Below, piece by piece: positions 11,601-24,949 of a stretch of 64,000 bases of DNA. Under the pieces are notes generated by a model. It saw nothing but the letters and a program-made list of their open reading frames with translations. It made no database searches and was not told where the DNA came from. Origin of the DNA: Octopus sinensis (taxonomy: Eukaryota). How positions within the stretch are numbered: the first letter of the stretch is position 1; the number at the start of each line of letters is the position of its first letter. The stretch spans positions 103,354,001 through 103,418,000 of the forward strand of contig NC_042997.1 of the NCBI RefSeq assembly GCF_006345805.1. Direction: 5' to 3'. The position numbers and the translations under genes are program-made.

Positions 11601-12109
11601 TAATTTGTTGTGTGTACATGTATAATAATAATACGTATCTCTATAACTCAATTTCATAAAAGAGTTTCGAAAGAAAATATTTGTATTGTCAACAAGATTA
11701 CGATGCTGATGTAAAAAGTCAAAAGTGTCACTTGATTCTGAATTTTAAAAAGTGTTTTAGTTCACTTGCGCAATTTCAACCCATCCAATTAATATTGACC
11801 TATCTACAGAATTCTTTAATTTCTAAGTAATTTTATTATTCTAGGACACCAAATGTACTTTTTTGTGTATTTACTTAGCAATTCATTCACTACTAAACTT
11901 GACAGATTATAGTTAGACGGTAAGTGTGAATGTGAATGTGCGTGTGTATACACATAAATATTTATATGTGTGTTTGTATACATATATATATGTGTATACA
12001 TGTACATATATTTGTATCTATCTATATCTACACATGTTTATATATATGTTTGTGTGTATGCATGCATGAATATGCATATACACATGTATGTAGAGATATG
12101 TATATGTAC

Positions 12110-13025
<916 letters not shown>

Positions 13026-13129
13026 TATATATATATACACATTATCACTTAATTAGTTCGTCATAGATTATATATATATATATAATCTATGACGAACTAA
13101 TATATATATATATATAATCTATGACGAAC

Positions 13130-13173
<44 letters not shown>

Positions 13174-13187
13174 CAGACACACACACA

Positions 13188-13218
<31 letters not shown>

Positions 13219-13473
13219 AACTGACATTTACACAAACTTCGATGTTAATATATTTATATCAGGGGCAAAATGCTAAGCAATGTTTCGTCCGTCTTTATGT
13301 TTAAAGTTCGCATTTTGCCGAGGTCGCTTTTGCCGAGGTCGCTTTTGCCTTTCATTCGTTTGGAGTCGATGAAATAAGTAACAATATGAGCACTGGGATC
13401 GATGCAATTGACTAAAATTTCAGATGTTCAGTGTATTTAAACGTTTGTGTGAGTGGCTGTGTATGTATGTATG

Positions 13474-13476
<3 letters not shown>

Positions 13477-13570
<94 letters not shown>
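13477..13570. repeat. (TG)n microsatellite
   Basis: About 45 TG units. Confidence 0.95.
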
Positions 13571-13571
<1 letters not shown>

Positions 13572-14354
13572 GTGCTCGCGTGTGTCTCTGTGTGTGTGCA
13601 CTATACTCTGAATTAACTTGTAATACATACGGAGAATTCAATAAACTGTTGAGTGATTATATTATATATCATTATAGTTTACAGGATGATTCAACCTTAT
13701 ATTGTAACTTACGCTATTTAATCCCAATAATTTATTTTATTTATTACCTCTAATACATAGAACACCGAATATCTTATCGTACACGTTATCTGCATTGTAT
13801 ATATTTAGTTAGAACAAGTAACGCCTAAAGGTGAGAAGTGCAAACAACTGGTGACAGTTGAACGAGGTATGCCATTGAAATTGACGTGGTATAGTAAATA
13901 CTGAATGGCCTGTTGCACAGCAGATATTGATTCTGCTCCATAGTAATAAATGATGCCCTGATCGCATAGCAACTTTAAATGAGGTGGTTGGTGGACATTT
14001 GTATCTATCATAATGAGATTTAATAGCTCTGAGTTCAAATTTCGATGAAGTCGATTTTGCCTTTTCCCCCTTTTGGGATCGGTAACGTAAGAACTAGTCA
14101 AGTATTATGGTTGACTACTAGCCCTCCCACAAAATGTTTGGAGTCCTACCTATGTTAATAATACATATTATGAGTTGGAAAATGACCAAACCAGAAAGAA
14201 AAATCCGTTTTAGAATTTTTCTCTCGTGATCTTAAGTTAAAATCTTATTCGACCGTGGTTTTCATCTCGATGCGTAATTCATTCTAATAAGAAAATGTGT
14301 TTCAAAATTAGAAAATTAAATATTTTGAACGCCTTTCATTATTTACTTGTTCTA

Positions 14355-14570
14355 CAGCGGTGAGCTGGCAGAATCGTTTGCACGCCGGGAAAAATGCTTA
14401 GCAGCATTTTGTCTGTTCTGAGTTCAAATTCCGCCGAAGTCGACTTTGCCTTTCATCCTTTCGGGGTCGATGAAATAAGTACCAGTGAAACACTGGGGTC
14501 GATGTAATCGACTATCCCTCTCCCCCCAAATTTCAGACCTTGTACCTTTAGTAGAAAGGATTATTTGCTT
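14355..14570 (+). mobile_element. Family-A SINE
   Basis: gcggtgagctggcagaatcgtttgcacgcc...gagttcaaattccgccgaagtcgactttgcc. Confidence 0.8.
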
Positions 14571-14619
14571 GTTCCTATATTTCAAATAAAAATAAAACTT
14601 ATTTAAAGCCATAGCTGTT

Positions 14620-15590
14620 TGTAGCAAAAAGTTCTCGGACTAGTCCTGTAGCGCACCAACAGATGGTAGCACATGATTTCGGGCGCAATAAGAGCTAGCA
14701 GTGAACTTCATGAGGCAGTGTGCCGAGTGACATCGCTATGTTTACTTCGCAAGTTGTGAAATTTGTGTTTCTGTAATCACGTATACGCTGTAGTAAGCGA
14801 TTTTTGTCATGGACAGGAAGTTGGAACAAAGATCCAACGTTAAATTTTGCGTTAAACTTGTAAGTCTGCTAAAAACAGCTATCGCTTTAAATATGTTTTT
14901 ATTTTTATTTGAAATATAAAAACAAGCAAATAATCCTTTCTACTAAAGGTTCAAGGCCTGAAATTTGTGGGGAGAGGTATTGTCGATTACATCGACCCGA
15001 TGTTTCGAGTGACACGGATGCTTCAAAAACGGAAGAACGTCCCTGGAAGACGATGAGCGACCTTGAAGATCTGCCATGAGCGTCATCCTTCGGAAATGTA
15101 GAGAAAATTCCTCAGCTTGTGCACGAGGATCGTCGGGGGACAATTAAAGCGTTTGAGGGAGAACATTCAGCGAAAGCGACCGGACCTGTGGAGCGCGAAG
15201 AACCAGATCCTTCACAACGACAATGTACCATGTCACCGAGCTCTCCTCACTCGTGAGTTTCTCACCAAAAATAACATAGTATCGCTTCTACACCTGTCCT
15301 ATTTGCCAGATTTAACACCTGCGGACTTCCATCCCTTCCCCCAGAGAAAAATTCAGCTCAAACATCGCCGTTTTAATACCGTTGTCGAGATCAAAAGTAA
15401 ATCGCAAACGGTCCTCGACCCACTTACGAAAAACGACTTCTAGGCCGGATTCCAGAAGTGACAGGAAAACTGGGACCGGTGTATTACTGCGCAAGGTGAC
15501 TTTTTCGAAGGTGATGATGTTAAAACTTAAGTAAATAAGTTTTTTTTTTATGAAACATAACAAGTCCGGGAACTTTTTGATACCACTTCG
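14620..15590 (+). mobile_element. Internally deleted mariner (DD34D) element, transposase pseudogene
   Basis: N-terminus MDRKLEQRSNVKFCVKL at about 14808; FKNGRTSLEDDER; C-terminal LKRLRENIQRKRPDLW...HNDNVPCH...YLPDLTPADF. Right TIR agtccgggaactttttgataccacttcg-ta; left TIR remnant caaaaagttctcggact. SINE piece inserted at about 14880-15000. Confidence 0.85.
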
Positions 15591-17379
15591 TATCTGGAGT
15601 TGAATGCCATATTCGTGGGAAAAACTTTGCATATGCTTAAATTTGAATATATTAGTTTCATTTTATTTTCAGGACTACCAGTGAATTTCTCACTAGCTTA
15701 TTCACTCCCGTAACAAAGAGAATCATAAATCTTCAGTTGATACTTCAACGTCAGCTATGATATCAAACCTCTAATTTATTCACGCTTGCAAATTTCTACG
15801 TAAATAGATTCGATTATATTTTTATTATTTGTACTTTATTTATGCATGTATGTATAAGTGTGTTGACATATAAAGATAAGACCTCATTTAAGATTACACT
15901 TCATTTCAGCTGTTTTACTTACGAAGCACCTCGATGACTTGTGTAGAGCTACAGATAACCAAACTGATAACATACCAGGTTACTGGCTGATGTATGTACG
16001 CTTTCTTATAACGTCATGATCACTGTACTCTAATTAAAACACATTATCACTTAATTAGTTCGTCATAGATTATCACTGAAAATGAAATGACCTAACTTAA
16101 CACTGTATACTGATGCCTCAGAAAAGAAAGCGTTCCACCAAGCCGAATTGCTGTTGATGTATTGCAAGAAGAATAATTAAAAGGCTTGTATTTATCTTAC
16201 GGCAGCGTGTATATATCAAATATATAATTCCGATAAAATGTTTTACTGAATCTTACAGTTCTGTGGAAGATATAATTACTCGTGGGGGTGTTAAAAACTA
16301 AAGTTTTATTGGTGATGTGTTACAGCTACAGTCATGGTGTATTAATAAATTGAAATATATGCATGAATAAATTCACAGAAACAGAGGCAAAATAAACCAT
16401 CCACATTTGGATTAGTAAATCGCCATAAAGATTAGCACTTTAATGCACAAATCTCATATCGCTAGTATAATTCCTTTAGGAATTATGCTCTTCAATCCAC
16501 TTTGCCTTTTATCCTCTGTGATCGATAAAATTAAGCACCAATAGAATACTGGGGTCTATCAAACTGATTATACCGTCTCCCGAAATACGATGGATTGAGC
16601 CAATGTTAAAATGAATATTAAAACAGTGGAGACGGTGCTAGGCCAGTAAAACCAGCAGAACGTCCAGAGAAAATGCAATAAAATATTTAGGTACGGACTT
16701 CCTTTTTTTTTTGTCCTGAGTTCAAATCTCATGGAGGTTAATTTGACGCTTTTCCTTTCGGGGTCGGTAAATGTACCTATGAAGCACTGAGATCGATGTG
16801 AGAGACTCTATACTTCCCACAAGTTTGGTTTCCTCCTAATTTCAGAAACCTATATTATATGAGTGGAGAAATGGCCGAATATAAAAAGAAAAGTCTATTT
16901 CGGAATCTTTCTCTCGGTTTTTACTTCAAATATGGTTCGACTGAATTTCCCACTTCGGCATAATCGATAGGATAATTATTCCATAATTATAATTACCAAT
17001 AAGTAAAAACGCTTCAAAGCATTGATTATACATTTTTAACTTAAAGGGAAGGCTTGAATTCGATGAAATAATTCAATACTATAGCAATATAAAGTTATCT
17101 TTGAGTTCACTGTTCTTTTACTTTTATACTGGATCTAGTAATTTCACTGCGGCCATTCTGGGACATTGTATTCTAGGGCTTTAGACAATCATATTGACCC
17201 TACTACTTACTTTGATTTTAAACCTTTTTTCTGGTACTCTATTTTTTGAACGGTTTAGTAACCTTATTCCGCTTTAAATTACACAATTCCATACACACAG
17301 GTTAAACATAAAAACATACTCTCGCAAACACACATACATGCGTGCATACGCATGCACATCGCCCCCACCACACACATAT

Positions 17380-17790
17380 AAGTGCTGTAGTTGCTTTTTG
17401 GGAAGAAGACTGCTTTCGAACCGCATGGTTTTGGGTTCAGTCCCACTGTGTAGACCTTTGAGCAAGTGCCTCAGGACGACCAAAGCCTTGTGAGTGGATA
17501 TGATGGATGGAAACTGAAAGAAGCCTATCGTATATGTGTGTGTATGTGCGCGTGTTTGTGAAGTGTGTGATTGAGTGTGTGTGTATCTCCCACAGCTGCT
17601 TGGCAACCTGTGTTGATGATGATCTGTTTACTTTTCCGTAACTGAGCGGTTCGGCAAAATAGACCAATGAAATAGACACCAGCGTTATAATATGTACTGG
17701 GGCCGATTGTTTCGACAAAACCCTTTAAGGCGGTGCTCAAGCATGGCCGTAGTCCTATGACTAGAACAAGTAACGGTAAGAAACGAAAAG
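17380..17790 (+). mobile_element. Family-B SINE
   Basis: gggttcagtcccactg...gccttgtgagtggat...ggaaactgaaagaagcc and the 3' ctcaagcatggccg segment. Confidence 0.75.
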
Positions 17791-18087
17791 GTAATATATG
17801 TAACGGGACTTCAACGCAGTATCCATCTACGAAATTCCACAATTACACTCACAATATATCGGTCAATTCGAAAACACAGTGGATACGTAAATTGTTGCTC
17901 AGTGAACTAAGATCCAGAATTATGATTGTGTTATGCAAACTTCTGAAACAAACGGCGATGCCAGCGTCTGATTGAACATTTGAAGTTGGTTTGGTAAATA
18001 AACAATAGGCTTCTGATTCATTAATTTGTAATGACAAGAAGCATACAAAAAATTCCCTAAAATATATATAACCATAATCATACTTAC

Positions 18088-18108
18088 CCGGTGGAAGGCC
18101 ATCTCCAA
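18088..18108 (-). CDS. Coding exon 2: 21-nt microexon (VGDGLPP)
   Basis: Minus strand reads atttttctaactgtttcag|TTGGAGATGGCCTTCCACCGG|gtaagtatg. Strong sites with a CTAAC branch-point-like motif; 21 nt, phase 1-1, keeps the frame between exon 1 and the CBM14 exon. Confidence 0.7.
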
Positions 18109-19086
18109 CTGAAACAGTTAGAAAAATTCGATTAATGACATTATCAAATGAGTTTCATTAATTTAATCATATTTTCTTGTAGAAATAAATTTAATGTATT
18201 CTGGCAATAGCGTTAAATTAATGGCGTAGTAATGTTTTTCAACATCCGGTGGGTAAAGATAATTTTGACGTCATCTCCACCTTTTTAACAGGCATGATGA
18301 GTAAGACAGCATTCCGCGTCCTTTCACACCAGCGCTCTGAGGCAACAGACCCCTTAGTTATCCCTTGTTACTCTTCTGTGTTAAACCTAAAAGTAATGTT
18401 TGAATATTTAATATACTGTATTACTTGTCGAAGATTTTTGTGAAGTATGATTGAATTGTGATGACTTTCAACAAAATATCGTTTTTGCCTACTAAGATAG
18501 CATTCGGGTTAGTTTGTGCTATAGTTGTATTTCTTGAGAGAAATTTGGGAATTCAAGCGAGAAATTGTTTTTAGGTTAAAAAATTCTTTATTATTCCTAT
18601 TGAGTTTGTTAAGTTTATTTTCTTTTGATATTCAAAGGACATTGAATTAATACAGGACTATTTTTCTTTTTTTAATTATTGGTTTCTGCGGAACGAATCG
18701 TACTCATGGCCTCCTTAGACCCTCCCAAACGGATGAGATTGATGCCGTTTAACTTTCAGAATAAACTTGTAAATCGGCAGTTGTAGCCAAGACGGGAGCA
18801 AAGTCAAATTTCCAATATTATGAAAACGAATTGTGTGGCAAGTAGGACAGAGAGGCGTGTATCATTCTTGTCATGCATCTGGACACACGAACACACACAC
18901 GCACACACACACACACACACACATCCACACACATATGCCAACAAAGACACATATGCTAATGCACAAGTACAAACACACGAACGCACATTAACGTTAATGG
19001 AAATGAACAGGAAAAATATATTCAACATCAGAAAAGAAAATAGGCAATTTCATTCCGTCAACCAGCTTAGTTCCTGCAGACTGGTT

Positions 19087-19124
<38 letters not shown>

Positions 19125-19321
19125 ACACACACATAGATACATACACATATATATACTAAACATAGTACATACTTTTTACGGTAAAATATTTGTGTCACAG
19201 GATTTATAAAATATTTCTCATTTAATACTTTTTAAAGTTTATACAACAATTAAAATTTGAAAATTTGTTGCAACTTTCAAATTTTTCAAGCGAGTTTATT
19301 AATTGATAATTCCTTATTCAC

Positions 19322-19562
19322 CTGTTCTGTTTTGTACCTGATTTCCACCATTTCGTGTCTGATCTCCGCCATTTCGTGTTTGATCTCCGCCATTTCGGGT
19401 TTGGTCTCCACCATTTTGGGTTTGGTCGCCACCATTTTGTGTCTGATCTCCCCCATTATTCCACCATGGTGTTGTATTGGGTTGTGTTGGGAAGTAAAAT
19501 CTACCAGAAGCTTCCGAGAAGAAGTACAGAAGAAGGCCAAATGTTATGGCCCGCATTTTCAT
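19322..19562 (-). CDS. First coding exon: signal peptide plus six NGGDQT(Q/R) heptad repeats
   Basis: Translation: MKMRAITFGLLLYFFSEASG-RFYFPTQPNTTPWWN(NGGDQTQ)2(NGGDQTR)3NGGNQVQNRT, followed by donor ACAG|gtgaat (phase 1). Differences between repeats are mostly synonymous third positions in this frame. An acceptor (ttttcttatag) lies 12 nt upstream of the ATG at 19575/19574. Confidence 0.85.
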
Positions 19563-20469
19563 TTCTGCAATTATCTATAAGAAAATAATTAAGATCAACA
19601 ACCGATCAAACCATTGAAAAACTTCTCAACTGCTAAATATTTTATTATATTCTCAATATATTAAGTTATTCACACATTTGTCTTGTTTTCATATGGTTTC
19701 TTAAATAATTTATCTTCACATTTTAGATTAGAAGCAATTTAGAATTCTATACTCCATCAATTGCCAGCCAATTGTTGCAATGCATATACTCAGAATGCTT
19801 AATCTTACCTAGAAACTGTAGAGTTTCTCCAATTAAAAGAGTATGTTCTCATTATATAGATTTTGTTAGTATAAGTAACACCTATATTGTTGAAAACACT
19901 AGTCTAGATCACTAGATTTTTCGCACAAATAGCGATATTTTCCCTCATTCTATTTTCCACAGCAAAGAGTGATAGTCAAGGCTGGAAATTCTTTCACAAA
20001 ATATTTGCGTGGCTTTAGCTGTTTTTAGTTCTACTCAACAGCCCAATGCATTTCATATCTAATTAACTTTAATTAATTAATTTAATTAATTTATTAAGTA
20101 TCAAGTAGCCAGGTGCCTGTTTGCTAACAATTTAACTAACAGCGTGCCGTTAATTAAGCATCAGTGAGCTGGCAGAATCGTTAGTACGCAGGACAAGATG
20201 TTTAATGGTAATTCATCCGTCTTTACGTTCTGAGTTGAAATTCTGCCGAAGTTGACTTTGCTTTCATTATAATAAATAATAACTGTGATATCTACCTATA
20301 ATCTAATGACAATTAAGTAATTGTATAAAAGTAAATGTGTTTCAAATTGTCTAATGGTAAAAGTAGAACGTTCATATGATATAGTATAATCAGAAACTTA
20401 AAAATATATTCGTAACTTATTTTAAAACTAATAACGCTACACGTTCACCTCATATTCTTTTCTACTCTG

Positions 20470-20840
20470 GGAACAAAGCCTGACAATTTGGGGGAGGAGG
20501 GGCAATCGATTACATCAACCCCAGTACGCAACTGGTAAGTTAATTTATCGACCCCGAAAGGTAAAGTCGCCGTCGACGGAATTTGAACTCAGAACGTAAC
20601 GGCAGACGAAATACTTATTTCTTTACTACCCACAAGGAGCTAAACACAGAGGGGACAAACAAAGACAGACAAACGGATTAAATCGATTACATCGACCCCA
20701 GTGCGTAACTGGTCCTTAATTTATCGACCCCGAAAGAATGAAAGGTAAAGTAGACCTCGACGGAATTTGAACTCAGAACATAAAGATAGATGAAATATTT
20801 CGTCCGGCGTGCTAACGCTTCTGCTAGCTCACTGCCTTAC
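20470..20840 (-). mobile_element. Composite family-A SINE
   Basis: Two tandem tcgattacatcgacccc...gaatttgaactcagaacg units. Confidence 0.75.
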
Positions 20841-22064
20841 GTTCACCATATATTACAAGAGATTTAATTCACAATGAACACATTTTATTACAGATAGAAT
20901 CCATTGAACCCACACAACTTGTTTTAGTCATTTCTGTAAATATATTTCATGTTAGATGCAGGAGTAATTGCTCACTAGACCTGAATCTTTTCGAGTTGCT
21001 TTACCATATCAGGCAAAGTGTTTCTTCAATATTTCATAGCTACTTAATGATATATATATTTAAAGTCATAACCCAAATTTGCTTTCGTTTCATTTGAGTT
21101 TAATACAGGAACCTTTGAACGGTTCAGCTTCTTAGATCAAAATAATTTCCTATTTAGTTTGTCAGTAGAGTCATGTGAGATTGTCAATAGAAGTCCTTTT
21201 CCGTCCAGTCGATTACACATAGTTCAAATTTAAGAAATTAAAATATTCATTTTTAATAAAATTACGCGTTTCAAAGTATAAAGGACATAATGATCGGGCT
21301 TAAAGTAGTTAAAGAAAGTTCTGCAATCAAAATTATGAGTTGTAGAAATATGAAACTTTCGTGCTCGCAAGAAATTGAAAATAGTGATTCATTCTTTCTA
21401 TATTTGAGTCTGAATACTTTTGAATTGAAGTTCAGATACATTTGACTAATGCTAGCCATGGTGTCGACTCCAGAAAGTGGAAAACAAATTCGATATCATT
21501 TTAACTGTAAATCAGCTGGAAGTAAATTCGATACTCTAAAGCCTTGTGAACAACGCTTTATAATGCAGCTGTCTCACAATTTCCAGCACACAAGATTTGA
21601 AAATAATAACCCCACAAAATCAACTTCATTTCAATGTTATTTTCTAGATCTCTACATTAACAGTATGGATAGAAGTAGTTAACACAATATACCAATTCAG
21701 TTGTAAGTTAAAGAATTACATACATTTTAATCATCAAATATTCTGGTGGACAAACGAAGTAATTAATAATGGCTCTTTCGCAAATTATACATATATAATT
21801 ATATGTGCGTGCGCACGTGTGTCTGTGTGTATATATAATATAATATATATATATATTATATACACATTATGTAAGTATATATACAGTATGTATATATATA
21901 CATACATACATATATATGTATATGTATATATACATTGTATATATATATACATTATATACATGTATGCATATATACATATAATTAATAGCAATACACACAC
22001 ATATATATAAATAAATATATATGTATATATATACATATACATTATATATATGTACATACATTAT

Positions 22065-22126
<62 letters not shown>

Positions 22127-22186
22127 GTACATATATATACATGCATATATATATATACATATGTACCATGTATGCATATATATATA

Positions 22187-22221
<35 letters not shown>

Positions 22222-22381
22222 CGTACATATATATACATGCATATATATATATACATATGTACTATGTATGCATATATATATATATGCATGATGCAAGAAA
22301 TACAAATACAACCTGCAATTGAGGGAAAATACTGGATTGAAGCTAAATCTAAAATAGCAAATTTAAGCAGTTTAGTCTTAC

Positions 22382-22474
22382 CTTTCTGTAGTAATAGATA
22401 AATATATGATAGTGGAGTTTTCAGAAATGTTTTTGAAGATCTCACCAGACCTGTGCAAATCTACTGTGACAGTA
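22382..22474 (-). other. Candidate 5'-UTR exon of the chitin-binding protein gene
   Basis: ctggttttcttttcag|TACTGTC...ACAGAAAG|gtaagac; 93 nt with canonical sites on the gene's strand, 2.8 kb upstream of the acceptor that precedes the ATG. Confidence 0.4.
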
Positions 22475-23499
22475 CTGAAAAGAAAACCAGCTTTATATAG
22501 GTTTCCAGAGTAAATAAACGGTAAAAAGAAAAGAAAAGGAAAGGAGCGGAAAGGAAAAAACTGACAAAAGAGAGAATAAATTAAACATGAATAGAGTAAT
22601 ATATCGAGTATAGTTAATTGAAATACTTTGCACCGGGATATATGTTGATCTCGAAGGCGTACCCTGTGTGACATCATGTGACGAAGAGGGCAAACCCGTT
22701 AGGTAAACAGTCGGTTGGTGTTTATGATTACTCGTTTTCTTGACTTGGTGCTTAATTTGATGCCTGTATCAAGATTTACTTGAAGCACATATAATAGAAA
22801 ACTGATATTAAAAATAAAATGTGTGAGGATTATGTGATAACTATTATGGGCTCGTTTTGTTTTACAACTCTATATTTCTGTAATCCTTACAAATTTAATA
22901 TTACCAATATGATTTCTTTAAATATGTATAGAATAAAAAATCTATAAAATACCGGAGGCGGCGTAAATTAATTTCCAGTGGAATTTTTTGACATATTTGT
23001 GGTCACTGTTTAGTCATTCCTTGCAGAACACAAACATGAACCATATATTTGCATTGACACCTGCATCCTAAAATGAAACTAAAGAAACATTGACTCATCT
23101 TAATGATACTGCAAATCTAAAATTCACCCAAAAATAACATTTATTTATCTATTTTTTACTTACATTTAAGATTTCTTCTTTCCTTTCTTATATATTGTTA
23201 GAGGAGTACACGTACGTTTATTGACTTTATCTCTTTTCTAAATATAACATTTATGTTTCTTTATAAAAAGCATTGGGAATTTGTTAATCAGTGCCGGTGC
23301 TAGCTTCTAAACGAAGGATGTGGTTACGATTGAGAGTAGAGTCATAAATTTCCCTTTATCCGATTTCATAAGTAACGAATCCTGATGCTAAATATATGTG
23401 TATGTGTGTGTGCGTTCGTTCCTCTGTGTGTGTGTGTGTGTGTGTGTGCGTGTGTGTGTGTGTGTGGAGAGAGGGAGAGAGAGAGAGAGAGAGAGAGAG

Positions 23500-23630
23500 A
23501 ACATGAGTCACGACTGAAAGGTTTCGGGTTCAGTCCCACTGCTTCGTACCTTAGGCTGACTAGTCTTGTGAGAGGATTTGGTTGATGGAATCTGAAAGAA
23601 GCCCGTCACACACACACACACATACACACA

Positions 23631-23673
<43 letters not shown>

Positions 23674-23762
23674 AGACACAAACCACACACACATAAACAC
23701 ATACACAGGCAAACACGCACACATGTATATATATATGTGTGTATATATATATATATATGTGT

Positions 23763-23815
<53 letters not shown>

Positions 23816-24070
23816 ATATACATATATGTATATATATATGTATGTGTGTGCATGTATGTATGCATATATTTACGTGTGCGTGTCTTTATATTTGCGATAG
23901 TCCAGCACTACCGCTTGACAAACAATGTTGGTTTGTTTATGTCACCGTAACTTAGCAGATCGGCAAAAGTGACCGATAGAATAAGCACCAGACTTAAAAA
24001 TAATAAGTTGGTTTGTTCGACTAAAACCTTCAAGGCGGAGCTCCAGCATGGCTGCAGTCCAATGACTAGC
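23500..24070 (+). mobile_element. Family-B SINE with expanded internal (CA)/(TG)/(TA) microsatellites
   Basis: gggttcagtcccactg head and ctccagcatggctgcagtc tail. Confidence 0.75.
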
Positions 24071-24289
24071 ATTTTCGCATATATGAACATGCCAACTGAT
24101 TTTCGGCTATCAAAATCTTGTTATTCAGGAATAAGTAATACTCTGAAAAGCAAAGTTGACTTTAGTAGGACATGAACTCGGGTGTAATGACTCGGAACAA
24201 GCACTGCAAGGTATTATCTCCAATGACCTATCGAATCTGTCAGCTCACTCGAACAAAAATAAGAAGAACGACAATAGCAATCCTTTCTA

Positions 24290-24900
24290 CTAAAGGCACA
24301 ATTCCTGAAATTTTAGGGGAGGAGACTAGTCGATGACATTGACCTCAGTGTTTCACCGGCACTTAATTTATCGACTCCGAAGGGATAAACCGACCTCGGC
24401 GGAATTCGAACACAGAACGTAGCAACGTACGAAATACTGCTAAGCATTTCATCCAGCGGGCTAACGATTCTGTCAGCTCGCCGCCTTAACAATAAGAATA
24501 AGAATATTAATAATAACAGGCGGCGAGCTGGCAGAAACGTTAGCACGCCGGGCGAAATGCGTAGCCGTATTTCGCCTGCCGTTACGTTCTAAATTCAAAT
24601 TCCGCCGAGGTTGACTTTGCCTTTCATCCTTTCGGGGTCAATAAATTAAGGACCAGTTACGCACTGGGGTCGATGAAATCGACTTAATCCGTTTGTCTGT
24701 CCTTGTTTGTCCTCTCTGTGTTTAGACCCTTGTGGGTAGTAAAGAAATGGGTATTTCGTCTGTCTTTACGTTCTGAGTTCAAAAATTCCGCCGAGGTCGA
24801 CTTTGCCTTTCATCCTTAAGTACCAGTTGCGAATTGGGGTCGATCTAATCGACTGGCCCCCTCCCACAAAATTTCGGGCCTTGTGTCTAGAGTACAAAAG
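24290..24900. mobile_element. Head-to-head pair of family-A SINEs
   Basis: Minus copy ends tcagctcgccgcct at about 24487; plus copy starts aggcggcgagctggc at about 24518. Confidence 0.85.
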
Positions 24901-24949
24901 AATAATAGTAATAAAAAATTTAATTGCTCTATTGCAGTACTGATTGTCT

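Noticed and set aside
13805-14101. 98-aa minus-strand ORF in the long intron
   Set aside because: Starts inside a SINE; no usable splice sites or domain similarity were seen.
19286-19540. Coiled-coil-like ORF (MAEIRHE heptads) as the main product
   Set aside because: It lacks an ATG start at the listed position, and repeat variation is synonymous in the other (NGGDQT) frame, which also has a signal peptide and an in-phase donor.
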